A stretch of 64,000 bases of DNA from Laetmonice hystrix (GCA_965235115.1 OZ249436.1:46936001-47000000); one strand, 5' to 3'. Counted from the stretch's first letter, positions 49,650-62,191 are shown. Made by a program: numbers and translations. Notes: generated from the sequence alone by a model not told the origin.

Positions 49650-50010
49650 GCCATACGGCCGGCCTCTTGTCAGCTGGGCGAGTAAAGGGAGATCAGTGTC
49701 AGACTTCGGTATCGGGTTCGAACCCCACGTGTTTAAATTGAAACCTTTATACCTGCCCACTATGGTATCATCTTGTAGACGTTTAGGGGTACAATCTGAG
49801 GTTAGCTGGGGCCACACCCGCGGGTGATAGCTTCTATCATGGTGACCTGAATGGGGCTACAGCACCCCTGGGGGTGTTTGTCCCTTGTTTACCCCGCCTT
49901 ACAATGGGGGTTGTGAAGGGTAGGTAACCCAAACTCAAGGTGTTGGATGAGAAGCGTTGTGTTGAAGACCTGCCAAGTCCAGGCATCATCTGGAAGGTAA
50001 TATCCTATCT
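49650..50010 (+). mobile_element. Degenerate tRNA-derived SINE-like element
   Basis: B-box-like GGGTTCGAACCCC at ~49714 with a GC-rich head upstream; boundaries uncertain. Confidence 0.35.
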
Positions 50011-51041
50011 CCCTCCTATACGATCATGGTAAATGACAGGACATAGAGGATACTATTCTACGACTGGAATATTTGTGGCTGACGACTTGGACAGACAAAG
50101 ATAAATATAGCCACAAATTCCGAGTGCCAGTGGTTTCAGAAGAATGTGTACCACTTCGACTCCGTGCTCGCCAAAACGAAAAGTCAGACCTAATTCAGAT
50201 TTTTTTGGGTAATATACACATGTCTGAGAATGGGGTCGAGATCTCGAGATATTCACGTTGTTAGGGACAGCGTTTTATTTGGCTACTTTCCCGCCTCCCC
50301 TGGAGATCTCATTTACTATGTGGATAGACCGCAGACCGCGCCCATACCCATGTCTCGTTCGTCATATACCTACACACAGACAGAGTCGATATAATGATAG
50401 TGGCTCGAAACACATCACATTTAAGTGAGAGTAATTCAAGGTACAAATTACTATGATTGAAATCAATTATTTATATATTATTTATGTCAATCCTGGTAGA
50501 TACATGACGAATATTCATTTTAGAAAGTATTTTGATCGAGTTGTACCGAACACAACACGATTATAACCCAGTGGTATTTGTCACCACAGTGTCAGCCGTG
50601 ACACCTGTCCAGCAGAATCCTTGCTGCATGTTTTTACTGTGGGTTCAAACATCAATAGATGCAGGACGGAGGAGTTGACTTGGTTGAGTTTAGGATGAGC
50701 ACAGCTGGGGAGCATGCATGCACGGTCGATGGTCACGAGCTGTGGCGTGCATGAGCGTGCGTCAATAACGTGCGAACAAGGGCACGGTGCCAGCAGGTCA
50801 TCAACCCCCACCTGCATGTTTTGTTTTAAATAGTGTGATCGACACCTTGTTCCCAAACAGATCTTATGTTGGAAGGAAGTAAATATCTTTCGGGTAGACT
50901 ATCGGACAACTCGGTAAACTGAATGTTGCAAGTAATATAAATATGTTTTTTTTGTGGTCTTAAAAGAGAATATATAGATATAAAAATGTAGATAGCCACA
51001 CACCTGTGGTGTGATAGTGCCATTCCTGAACACGGGGGGCG

Positions 51042-52945
51042 GTGGTAGTACCACACCTGAGAATATTTACCTGTGGTAGTACCACACCTGAGAATATTTA
51101 CCTGTGGAAGTACCACACCTTAGAATATTTACCTGTGGTAGTACCACACCTGAGAATATTTACCTGTGGTAGTACCACACCTGAGAATATTTACCTGTGG
51201 AAGTACCACACCTTAGAATATTTACCTGTGGGAGTACCACACCTGAGAATATTTACCTGTGGGAGTACCACACCTGAGAATATTTACCTGTGGGAGTACC
51301 ACACCTGAGAATATTTACCTGTGGGAGTCCACCACCTGAGAACAGTTACCTATGGGAGTCCCACACCTGAGAACAGTTACCTATGGGAGTCCCACACCTG
51401 AGAACATTTACCTGTGGGAGTCCACCACCTGAGAACAGTTACCTGTGGGAGTCCCACACCTTAGAATATTTACCTGTGGTAGTACCACACCTGAGAATAT
51501 TTACCTGTGGTAGTACCACACCTGAGAATATTTACCTGTGGGAGTCCCACACCTGAGAACAGTTACCTGTGGGAGTCCACCACCTGAGAACAGTTACCTG
51601 TGGGAGTCCACCACCTGAGAACAGTTACCTGCGGGAGTCCACCACCTGAAAACAGTTACCTGTGGGAGTCCCACACCTGAGAACAGTTACCTGTGGGAGT
51701 CCCACACCTGAGAACAGTTACCTATGGGAGTCCCACACCTGAGAACAGTTACCTGTGCGAGTCCCACACCTGAGAACAGTTACCTGTGGGAGTCCCACAC
51801 CTGAGAACAGTTACCTATGGGAGTCCCACACCTGAGAACAGTTACCTGTGGGAGTCCCACACCTGAGAACAGTTACCTGTGGGAGTCCCACACCTGAGAA
51901 CAGTTACCTGTGGGAGTCCCACACCTGAGAACAGTTACCTATGGGAGTCCCACACCTGAGAACAGTTACCTGTGGGAGTCCCACACCTGAGAACAGTTAC
52001 CTGTGGGAGTCCCACACCTGAGAACAGTTACCTGTGGGAGTCCCACACCTGAGAACAGTTACCTATGGGAGTCCCACACCTGAGAACAGTTACCTGTGGG
52101 AGTCCCACACCTGAGAACAGTTACCTGTGGGAGTCCCACACCTGAGAACAGTTACCCGTGGGAGTCCCACACCTGAGAACAGTTACCTGTGGGAGTCCCA
52201 CACCTGAGAACAGTTACCTGTGGGAGTCCCACACCTGAGAACAGTTACCTGTGGGAGTCCCACACCTGAGAACAGTTACCTATGGGAGCCCCACACCTGA
52301 GAACAGTTACCTGTGGGAGTCCCACACCTGAGAACAGTTACCTATGGGAGCCCCACACCTGAGAACAGTTACCTGTGGTAGTACCACACCTGAGAACATT
52401 TATTTGCCTGTGGGAGTCCCACACCTGAGAACAGTTACCTGTGGTAGTACCACACCTGAGAACATTTGCCTATGGGAGTCCCACACCTGAGAACAGTTAC
52501 CTGTGGGAGTCCCACACCTGAGAACAGTTACCTATGGGAGCCCCACACCTGAGAACAGTTACCTGTGGGAGTCCCACACCTGAGAACAGTTACCTGTGGG
52601 AGTCCCACACCTGAGAACAGTTACCTATGGGAGCCCCACACCTGAGAACAGTTACCTGTGGGAGTCCCACACCTGAGAACAGTTACCTGTGGGAGTCCCA
52701 CACCTGAGAACAGTTACCTGTGGGAGTTCACCACCTGAGAACAGTTACCTATGGGAGTCCCACACCTGAGAACAGTTACCTGTGGGAGTCCCACACCTGA
52801 GAACAGTTACCTGTGGGAGTCCCACACCTGAGAACAGTTACCTGTGGGAGTCCCACACCTGAGAACAGTTACCTGTGGGAGTCCCACACCTGAGAACAGT
52901 TACCTGTGGGAGTCCACCACCTGAGAACAGTTCCCACACCTGAGA
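51042..52945. repeat. 31-bp minisatellite, ~60 copies, with palindromic core
   Basis: Unit GAGTCCCACACCTGAGAACAGTTACCTGTGG; left-end variant GTAGTACCACACCTGAGAATATTTACCTGTG. Confidence 0.98.
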
Positions 52946-53745
52946 CACAGGTACTGCGGCCAGGTGTGTGCAGCAGTCTTTATCTGTGTCACATTTGCTT
53001 ACTTTCCAGTAGGAATACCTGCCCTCCTCCCTTGGGGCGGAATCACGCATAGCCTCCCGCAGCAAGGCGGGGGGGGGGGGGGGGTACTATTAATAAAAAA
53101 ACCCGAGCCTTAATTACGTGCACTCACGGAAGACACGACTCGTGGTTAGGTGTCCATTATGTTGCCGTCTGTGGCGGTCCATATATCCGTGGGGTGTTTC
53201 TACTCTGAAAACCAAGGTCTTCAGTTGTCGCCTGAACCTCAGCTACGGCTCGTAATTACAACCGCCGGGTAATTATAATTACCCGCTACTCGTCTTTACA
53301 AACCAAGCATGAGGGGCAGGTTAGGAAGTTGTGAAGTTAAAATGCGGCTGTCTGGAATGGACCAAGCACAATAAGCGTTTACTCACTATCTTTAGTGCAC
53401 TTTTTACCCTTTGGAATTGGTCTGAGGGTGATTGACCGAACCCCTGACCCTCCACCCTTTCCCAGGTGACAGCGTCTCGTCACCAGCTGGCACGTGCGGG
53501 CATGCATGCGTGTCACGAGCGATCGAACGCCGTATAATGCCGTCGATAGGTTTATCATTAATTGATACAGACCCCGGAGATGTTACGTCATGCTCAGTGC
53601 AGTGTCATCCTGTCAACTTATTCAGTAATAGTTTCGTGTTAATTTCAAACAAATTGATCTGGATTTGGTCATTACAGACTGAAGTTATGTTTCTAGGCCC
53701 CCATAGCAACATTCCCACGAAGTAGGGTTGAGGGGTTAGGGCAAG

Positions 53746-53783
53746 GAGAGCGAGAGCGAGAGCGAGAGCGAGAGCGAGAGAGA
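53746..53783. repeat. (GAGAGC)n microsatellite
   Basis: Directly visible. Confidence 0.9.
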
Positions 53784-54071
53784 GGTTTCTGGTCGGTGTT
53801 TGATTCAGCCATGAGTTTTTACGATTCACCAGTCGCCACTCCATGTACTCATACATACACATAACGAACAAAAATATTCAAACATAATGCGCGGAGCTCC
53901 TCAAGCAGAATGCACCTGCAGAATGTCAAGAGTGAATACATACACATGCAGGTGCCTATACATCGGGACATGCATGATTTAATAAATGTTATAGTCTCAT
54001 CAGCCAAGGATAGTTCTAATGAGTTCTTTAACTCCGTGTCTCTTTTACCGGACACAGATTTCTGAGTCCTT

Positions 54072-54321
54072 CCCCAGTTACGGTAAAGTTACCGTAACCC
54101 GTCTGTCCCCAGTTAGAGTAAAGTTACCGTAACCCGTCTGTCCCCAGTTACAGTAAAGTTACCGTAACCCGTCTGTCCCCAGTTACAGTAAAGTTACCGT
54201 AACCCGTCTGTCCCCAGTTACAGTAAAGTTACCGTAACCCGCCTATCCCCGGTTACAGTAAAGTTACCATAAGCCGACTGTCCCCGGTTACAGTAAAGTT
54301 ACCATAAGCCGCCTGTCCCCG
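54072..54321. repeat. 35-bp minisatellite, ~7 copies, with inverted-repeat core
   Basis: Unit CCCCAGTTACAGTAAAGTTACCGTAACCCGTCTGT. Confidence 0.95.
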
Positions 54322-57300
54322 TAAGGTCGTATACCTGGATGTGCCAGTCGTATTCTGTTCACTATTTGGTTTTATTGAATCAGCCGCGCGTGTTTCGGGC
54401 CAACGTTTCGATGGATACGGAAGCTAATTAAATATTCAACAAATATCGGGAATCAAGCGTATTACTTCAAGTGTTTTTACATTTCCCTGGCAACCGTTGA
54501 TGTAATTCTGGAGAATCGCCTGTTATCTCGTTTTTCGAGAGGAAGCGAGATAATTGGTGAAATGGGAGGCGATATATTTGATGTATATCATCCAGGGTTG
54601 AAGTCATTTTGAAATCTTTGAGCGGTGTTGCGGAAATTTACTTGGATTTGAGATTGGTAGGCTATTAACTGTTTCTCCCTGGAGGATTCATTTGTGTCTC
54701 CAGGGGGCAGCACACGTCTTCCGAGTTGCTCCTGACGTGCGTATGCACGCGATTTAACGTGCGTTCTCAGAGCGTTGGCATTGTTGTACGGACGGGAACC
54801 GGCGAACGCCATGGCAATGCGTCGGCTGTTTGTTCGCGTTTCCACGTTGGCGTCCCCGAAAACGTTTCCGGTCATGGCAACCAATTAGACGGTAGAAGTA
54901 AACGAGAGTAAATAAATCGTTATCCCAGAGTTATACCAAGGCTCTGACTACCAGTAACCCCCACTCCTTGCCTGGGCCACACTGACTGCATCTTAATTAT
55001 AGATCTACCGTCTGATCACATTGAAACTCGAGAAATGACACTGGACACAGGTTGACGTCAGATATAACACTCCATCGTTATGGATTAGATGGACATAACT
55101 GCGGTGTCAGACGACATTATTCTTGACTCCAAATCACCTCAGGTATGCAGATCACTAAAAAACAAGAACTGACAACAAATAATAACTCGAGTAATTGACC
55201 GTGACTGCTCCAAGCTGTCTGTGCTAGCTCGGTCCACAGTATAAGAGAAGGTTAAGGCCTGACTCATGTTGCCCGATGCTCATACCACACACGGCTATGC
55301 TCCAGTTGGCCTGTGACCGATACAAAATGTAGACATGCTCCTTCCTCATGTCACAAACTTGAGATGTCATTTTATAACAGCGTGGTTTCGGTACGCAACT
55401 AACAGCTCCCACTATAAGCTTTCCTTAAAGGGATATTTAGTGCAAAGTTCGAGGGTTGACATGGGCTTCGGGGATGAGGCAACATTCCAACTAGTATATA
55501 TACCTATACTGCAATGTTCACTTGATGTATTTCAATAACGTGTATGGGATGCCATAAATGTACAATATCGAGCCAGTGGAGGAAACAAAAACATTGACAT
55601 TTTCAAAGGACAGAAAGGATGTGTTTGTGACATTTGCTAATGAAATTCTCTTTAAGAATGACGTAGCGTCTTGGCCTATATCGGTGGTATAGTAGTATAT
55701 GTTCAGTATGGATCTTCCGTCTCTATGGCAACGTGATTGATGGTGTGGCTGGCAATTAGAGTTAGGAAGGTCCCGAAGGTCATCACTCTACCGTCTCGTC
55801 CACCTCAGGATACCATATACATGTATTACCATTGTGTCTGAGTACTCATCTACAGGCAACAACTACTCGCTGACTGCATGCAGACTCGTCTACAATCTAA
55901 TGTAGGCCTACATAATGTATGTATTGTAAGTAAATATGAAAAGAATGTATTTATGCGTGAATATAATGCGAAATATTTGAGCAGTTGCCAGGACGCGCCC
56001 CTATTATATGAACCATATAAATTTGGAACACATTAATTTTGTCCGAAGAGCAAGAAAAGGCTGTAGCATAGAAGTGGCACAAACGCTTGAGGAGAAGAAA
56101 TTATTGGAAGTCTACGGAGGCCTGAATAGTTAAAACGTGGGAACAATAACCGTTTCGTGTCCTATTTACATATCTCATTGTTAAATAAAGGCGCCTGGTA
56201 TATCGGAGTTACATCAGTCTTACCTTGCTTTACCTATATAACATAGGTTATATTTACTTTACAGTGTTCATATCGTTTATGTAAGCTTAGACCCTCTCCA
56301 TTCTTACTTACATTTCTCATTCTCCTCTCAGGTAGAAGTGGGGTATGCCCTATGTTAGAGCTAAGGGCACACGTAGAGGTCAATGGGTTCATGGTAAAGA
56401 GGGACAAATCAGCAAAGTGAATTCTGGGTCGTGGCTGTTTGGACAGAATCCAAAAGAGCTGGACGAAAATCGGACTATATCAGCGACCGACGCTGAACAA
56501 AAACCTCAACCCAACGACCCCTAACACGCCCACCCCCGCACGCGCATTCATACCCACCCCAGGAATATTTGAGAATGTTGACTGAATGGCCCAAAGGTCA
56601 ACACTGGCGAGAGGTGAACTTTAGTGTTGGTCCAGGCCAAACATTTTGGTGTGACCTCACGCTAGCAGGACCTCACCAGCACATCACCAAACTCTATTCT
56701 AATTACCATCAGATATATTACCATTCATATATTCTTGGCGTCTATGTTATATTGTACACCGTGAAGAAAATATATTATACGTATAACTACTATCAAAATA
56801 GTTTCTGTGTATACAAGGTGAAGTTAAGTGTGACACAAAAATACAAGACAAAATTTAAGTATAGGTCAAGTCGTGATCCGTTTTGTTCACTTCCTGTTTC
56901 CCCGGACGGTTTCAGTTGCTGGTTTCAGAACGAGGACTGTATCAAAAGTTCATATAAGGGTAAAAAATAAGAGCGCAGGATTCCGATGCAATTTTCCTTT
57001 CATAAACTCTCAGTTTATGGTCTGTCTCGCCATAGATCGGATCCACCACATATATGTGCGTCCGTACACTAGGTCAGGAACGGGAAAATTCGACAAAAAA
57101 AACAATTATTGACCTGAGGAAGCCGAGCCACCCCCAGGTGGGTGGACAGCCTTACGTGTGTAGATTAATTTTAGTTGACATCTGGTGGTCACACCTCCCG
57201 GGAAACTATCCAGGAAACTATGTGACTACAAATGTATCAGGTGGCGAATAATTGATCTATTGGACCAGCGCCTGAGGCTGGCTGGTAGTCTATGGCGACA

Positions 57301-57530
57301 TCGGTGCCGGAGACAATATGGAAATAATGGCATCTCTGACCGAAATACATTATTTAATATTTAATTGGGCTAATTAATTTAATTATTGTCGCTGTGATCG
57401 AAATATCACGAAACTGGTCTATGAAAATTATTACAGTGGTAAAACGGTTAGTTTAACTTTTACAGTGATGCACCTGAACGAAAAAGTGTAGGATTAATTA
57501 AGAAAAAGCATCAGTCCTTAAGGACATTAC

Positions 57531-57627
57531 GATTCCGTCAGGGTAGTGTCTTGACAATGATTCCGTCAGAGTTAGGGTAGTGCCTTGACAATGATTCCGT
57601 CAGAGTTAGGACAGTGTCTTGACAATG
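57531..57627. repeat. 34-bp tandem repeat, 3 copies
   Basis: GATTCCGTCAGAGTTAGGGTAGTGTCTTGACAAT. Confidence 0.85.
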
Positions 57628-57693
57628 TGTTATCATTCCTCCTTTTTATTTTCTGCCATGGTTACTAATTCTCCCCCCTTTTTAATGTTACAG

Positions 57694-58153
57694 ATGCCGA
57701 TGGCCAAATATTGATATGGTCTCAACAATCTCACCGATGGACAAAGCTGAGAGGTATCTTCGGTCCTCCCAGCCAATGGCTATCAAACCAAGTCAAGAAA
57801 TATTACACTAGCGAGTCCGTCAGAGATAAAATATATAATCACTTAGCCTACGACCACCAGGAACGCTTTGTCTACTGGCACGATGCTCAAGAACGATCCA
57901 TTTTCAGGCAGCCAATCAATGACAGTCTTGTAAAGCGGCGAACTGATAACGTTGAGGTAGTTTTTGAAGGAATGTCGGAGGACATAGGAGGCATTGCCGT
58001 CGACTGGTTAAGTGGCACCGTCTACTGGACGGATAACACACTAAACCGGATTCTCGCCACCAGGTGGCACCCAACACGCAAGGATATGTATTTTGTTGTA
58101 CAGAGTGAATCTATTGACGAGCCAACCGGCATCGCTGTCGATCCAGTAAATGG
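57694..58153 (+). CDS. LRP-like receptor exon (YWTD beta-propeller 1)
   Basis: LAYD...VYWHD, GIAVDWLSGTVYWTD and PTGIAVDPVNG. ttacag acceptor, GG|gtaagt donor. Confidence 0.95.
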
Positions 58154-58426
58154 GTAAGTTGAGAAAGAATCAAGCTTCCAATTTCACTATAATGTTATTT
58201 TTTTAGATGTACTTTCTGTAAAGTGGGCTCCCTAATCCTTCTATAAGTTAGTCCCATATTGCTACAAGTCTCTAGAGGCGTATGTAGACATGAGGGTCTA
58301 CAGTTAGGGTGATTTATTTCCCCAAAAATCTTATTCCCCCCATAGCATATCCCTCTCCAATATGGATGGAACTTTCACCCATGGATCTGTTTTAATATGT
58401 ACATGTATAATGGCTCTATTGTGCAG

Positions 58427-58700
58427 GGTTCTTTACTGGGCAGACAAGGGAGCTTCCATTAAAGCCATCAGATCTTCCCATTTGGACGGTACCAACGTTC
58501 AGTTCCTGACGAACGTCGATGACGTAGAGGACGTAACGTCATTGACGCTGGATCTGACGGACAACCGTCTGTACTTCCTGCAGCGTGGCCCCAGCACGTC
58601 GGGCAAACAACGAGTGAGCCGGCTGGACGTGGTCACCTTGGAACTGGTCAACATTCTCAATCTCGACCAGACACACTACGCCGCCATTGCCGCTCACGGG
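58427..58700 (+). CDS. LRP-like receptor exon (propeller 1)
   Basis: VLYWADKG...SHLDGT...SLTLDLTDNRLYF. gtgcag acceptor, |gtaagc donor. Confidence 0.93.
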
Positions 58701-58971
58701 GTAAGCGGGGTAACGGGTTGGAAAAAAGGTCGGGCCTTTCAACATGGAAAAATATCTGTTTAAATTTGGAGTAATATTGTTCTTATAGGTTCCATATTAA
58801 TATTGTCTTTTGTGTTTTATATCAGTGTATGTATTATATTGGGTGGGAAAAAAAACTTGTGATGTTAAATATTTCAAAACAATGTCACAAACTTCTGTAA
58901 GTTTACAGGCGTCATGGCTAAGACTACCCAGAATTTGTCATAAAGCATACAGTACCTTATTCTACCGACAG

Positions 58972-59119
58972 GATTACGTGTTTTTGGCCAACTCGGTAGA
59001 CCTGCAGATTGAGACATTCAGTAAGGGAGGGTTGATGTTACATTCCTACGTTATCGACGCCATTCCACGAGGTCTTGTCGTCACCGCCAAACTAGATCCA
59101 CAGCTTACGCCCCCTACCG
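58972..59119 (+). CDS. LRP-like receptor exon (end of propeller 1), GC donor
   Basis: DYVFLAN...PRGLVV. gacag acceptor; the G|gcaagt donor gives the phase 1 needed by the next exon. Confidence 0.85.
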
Positions 59120-59326
59120 GCAAGTATACAAACTAACCATCTGGAGATCTACTGCACTGCAATGTGCTTGGATTTATACTAGCATCATTAGGCTATAGGT
59201 TTATGAGTTCAAAAGCAGAGCAAAAGCTTTTGGTGAATATGCCCAAAACCACATTAGCTCAATGGTTTAGGCTTACAAAGAGTTCCATATTGCACTAATT
59301 AACCTGTGATGTTCCTTTCCCTTCAG

Positions 59327-59437
59327 ACTGTGATACCTTAGGCTGTGGTGACTTCTGTATCAGTATGGGTAACGGACGCGCCGAGTGCCGTTGTCAAGAC
59401 GACCATTATTTCCAGCTAGACGAGCGTTCCTGTGTTT
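59327..59437 (+). CDS. LRP-like receptor exon (EGF-like domain 1)
   Basis: DCDTLGCGDFCISMGNGRAECRCQDDHYFQLDERSCV has six Cys in EGF spacing. cccttcag acceptor, T|gtacgt donor. Confidence 0.93.
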
Positions 59438-59538
59438 GTACGTATATGTGTATCTGAAGTACTAATATAAGTTAACATATCATGCGTCTATTCCGTTTTT
59501 TAGCTTGATGAATATCCTTCCACTTTTCTAAGAACAGA

Positions 59539-60418
59539 TATTTCTCTAAATGCCTTGATGAATGACGATAAGCACAAACATCGACCCGTTCACCGGTTAA
59601 TCTCCCACTGTTATTTCTCTAAATGCCTTGATGAATGACGACAAGCACAAACAATGTTGAACATCGACCCGTTCACCGGTTAATCTCCCACTGTTATTTC
59701 TCTAAATGCCTTGATGAATGACGACAAACACAGACAATGTTGAACATCGACCCGTTCACCGGTTAATCTCCCACTGTTATTTCTCTAAATGCCTTGATGA
59801 ATGACGACAAGCACAGACAATGTTGAACATCGACCCGTTCACCGGTTAATCTCCCACTGTTATTTCTCTAAATGCCTTGATGAATGACTACAAGCACAGA
59901 CAATGTTGAACATCGACCCGTTCACCGGTTAATCTCCCACTGTTATTTCTCTAAATGCCTTGATGAATGACGACAAGCACAGACAATGTTGAACATCGAC
60001 CCGTTCACCGGTTAATCTCCCACTGTTATTTCTTTAAATGCCCTGATGAATGACGACAAGCACAAACATCGACCCGTTCACCGGTTAATCTCCCACTGTT
60101 ATTTCTCTAAATGCCTTGATGAATGACGATAAGCACAAACATCGACCCGTTCACCGGTTAATCTCCCGCTGTTATTTCTCTAAATGCCTTGATGAATGAC
60201 GACAAGCACAGACAATGTTGAACATGGACCCGTTCACCGGTTAATCTCCCGCTGTTATTTCTCTAAATGCCTTGATGAATGACGACAAGCACAGACAATG
60301 TTGAACATGGACCCGTTCACCGGTTAATCTCCCACTGTTATTTCTCTAAATGCCTTGATGAATGACGACAAGCACAGACAATGTTGAACATCGACCCGTT
60401 CACCGGTTAATCTCCCAA
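59539..60418. repeat. 83-bp (72-bp variant) intronic minisatellite, ~11 copies
   Basis: Unit TTATTTCTCTAAATGCCTTGATGAATGACGACAAGCACAGACAATGTTGAACATCGACCCGTTCACCGGTTAATCTCCCACTG. Confidence 0.97.
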
Positions 60419-60452
60419 TGTTGACGAGTTATTTGATTTCAACCCCTTCCAG

Positions 60453-60707
60453 CAAGCTCCCCTCGCTATATCTACAGTATCGATGGCAGCCTCTGGGACG
60501 CCAAGGCTACCATTTCAAACGCTCCCCCGAAGGTGGTGCTCAAAGAGTCGGAGATTGATCAGACAAAGATGAAGATCCAGGCCATCGGATACCACTTCAT
60601 CAAAAACAGGGTGTACTTCTCCGACACCGAGCTCAACGACATCTACCGGGGAAACCCGGACTCACGCATCTTTGAGAAACATACCGTCAACCAATTCCAA
60701 GTCGAAG
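60453..60707 (+). CDS. LRP-like receptor exon (propeller 2)
   Basis: SSPRYIYSIDG...AIGYHFIKNRVYFSD...QVEG. cttccag acceptor, G|gtatag donor, phase 1/1. Confidence 0.9.
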
Positions 60708-61019
60708 GTATAGAACAATAAACATACCATTAAATGTGTTTCAACACAAGCCTAAAGCCAGGGGCTCTTGTGCGGCCGAGACCCACTCAGAATCTTGAGT
60801 TCTTGACATGAAAATGATGTCAAAGTGGACAAGGTGTCAGCCAATATTTGAAATTTTTTTTTATTATGATTTACATGTGATTTTGAAAAAGGTCCCGAGT
60901 TTGAAATATGCCCCGCCCAGCATTATGAGCTGGCTACTGGCCTGAGACACTTAATAAACGTCAGTTATTCCGTGACAATCACAACATTGGATAATGTTGT
61001 GACTGACATACAGTTAAAT

Positions 61020-61300
61020 GTCATGTTTTAATCCAGGTGTTATCCCTGTTTATTAATCCGCCCGTTGATCCTGACTGCAGGTTTATCAGTGAACTGGTTG
61101 TCGGAGACGCTGTACTGGTCTGACGTAGAGTTACGTCATTTCATGGTGTCACAGTTTATTGTCATGTTTTAATCCAGGTGTTATCCCTGTCCCTCATTAA
61201 TCCGCCCGTTGATCCTGACTGCAGGTTTATCGGTGAACTGGTTGTCGGAGACGCTGTACTGGTCTGACGTAGAGTTACGTCATATCATGGTGTCACAGTT
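61020..61300 (+). repeat. ~144-bp tandem duplication spanning a splice acceptor and an exon 5' end
   Basis: GTCATGTTTTAATCCAGGTG...GACTGCAG|GTTTATCRGTGAACTGG...GTGTCACAGTTT occurs twice, giving acceptors at 61081 and 61225. Confidence 0.95.
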
Positions 61301-61375
61301 TGATGGACGTTACCACTCCATTTTGTTGAAGGACGTAGGACAGCCGCGTGGTATCGCCGTCGATCCCATTCATGG
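61225..61375 (+). CDS. LRP-like receptor exon (propeller 2)
   Basis: GLSVNWLSETLYWSD...QPRGIAVDPIHG. ctgcag acceptor, GG|gtcggt donor. Confidence 0.93.
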
Positions 61376-61592
61376 GTCGGTACAGAATCCTGAGGGTTTA
61401 TTTTATACATTCTCAATCACATCACGAGTTGATGGGAAGTCCATCTTCTTAATAATACATACATCCTTCTTGTGGCTTCTTACTAGAAGCCAGGCGGGTT
61501 TCTTACGGTAGAGTTTATTTTATGAGGTTCGGAACTAGTCGCGATAGATTTTGGAAGGATGTTGTTATACTGAGGATGTTGTCTGTCCCCAG

Positions 61593-61727
61593 GTACTTGT
61601 TCTTCGTGAACGCTGTGTCTCCGCCGACATTAGAACGCACGTCAACAGACGGCCGGGACCGAAAGGTCATCAAGTCGAAGGACCTTGTCCAGCCTCAGAG
61701 TGTGGTCGTGGACCCGCGTACAAAACG
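61593..61727 (+). CDS. LRP-like receptor exon (propeller 2)
   Basis: YLFFVN...LERTSTDGRDRKVI...PQSVVVDPRTKR. ccccag acceptor, CG|gttagt donor. Confidence 0.92.
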
Positions 61728-62073
61728 GTTAGTGTTGGGGACTGGTCAGGGCTACTGCATGGTCAGTTTGGGGGACTGGTCAGTGTGGGGGCTTATCATG
61801 GGTAGGCCTAGGCTACATGCCAGAGGTACTTGCCAGTATTGGGGAGGCCCTTCTACTGTTCGAGGGAAGATCAGAGTTACATATAGTTTTATCATCAGGT
61901 ATATTCTATCAACTAAGTTTTATATGTTAGGGTGTTAGGGTGTTAGACCAAGGTCATCTAAATCTATACTAGAGGATCAGTATACAGGATTAGATACGTA
62001 ATTGGAGTATTAGCAAGTATAGAAGTCCGTGCGCAAGTAGAAGTTACGAAGGTTGTATGTCTTTCTCCTCCAG

Positions 62074-62191
62074 GATCTACTGGACAGATATCTCTGAGGA
62101 GGAAGTCTTCTCCTGTGACCTTGAAGGTGAAAACTGTTACAGCGCTCAGAGTGCTCTCGGGCCCAATCTCTACGGTGTCACCCTCTATCAG
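62074..62191 (+). CDS. LRP-like receptor exon (propeller 2)
   Basis: IYWTD...SCDLEG...YGVTLYQ. ctccag acceptor, CAG|gtgagt donor. Confidence 0.94.
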
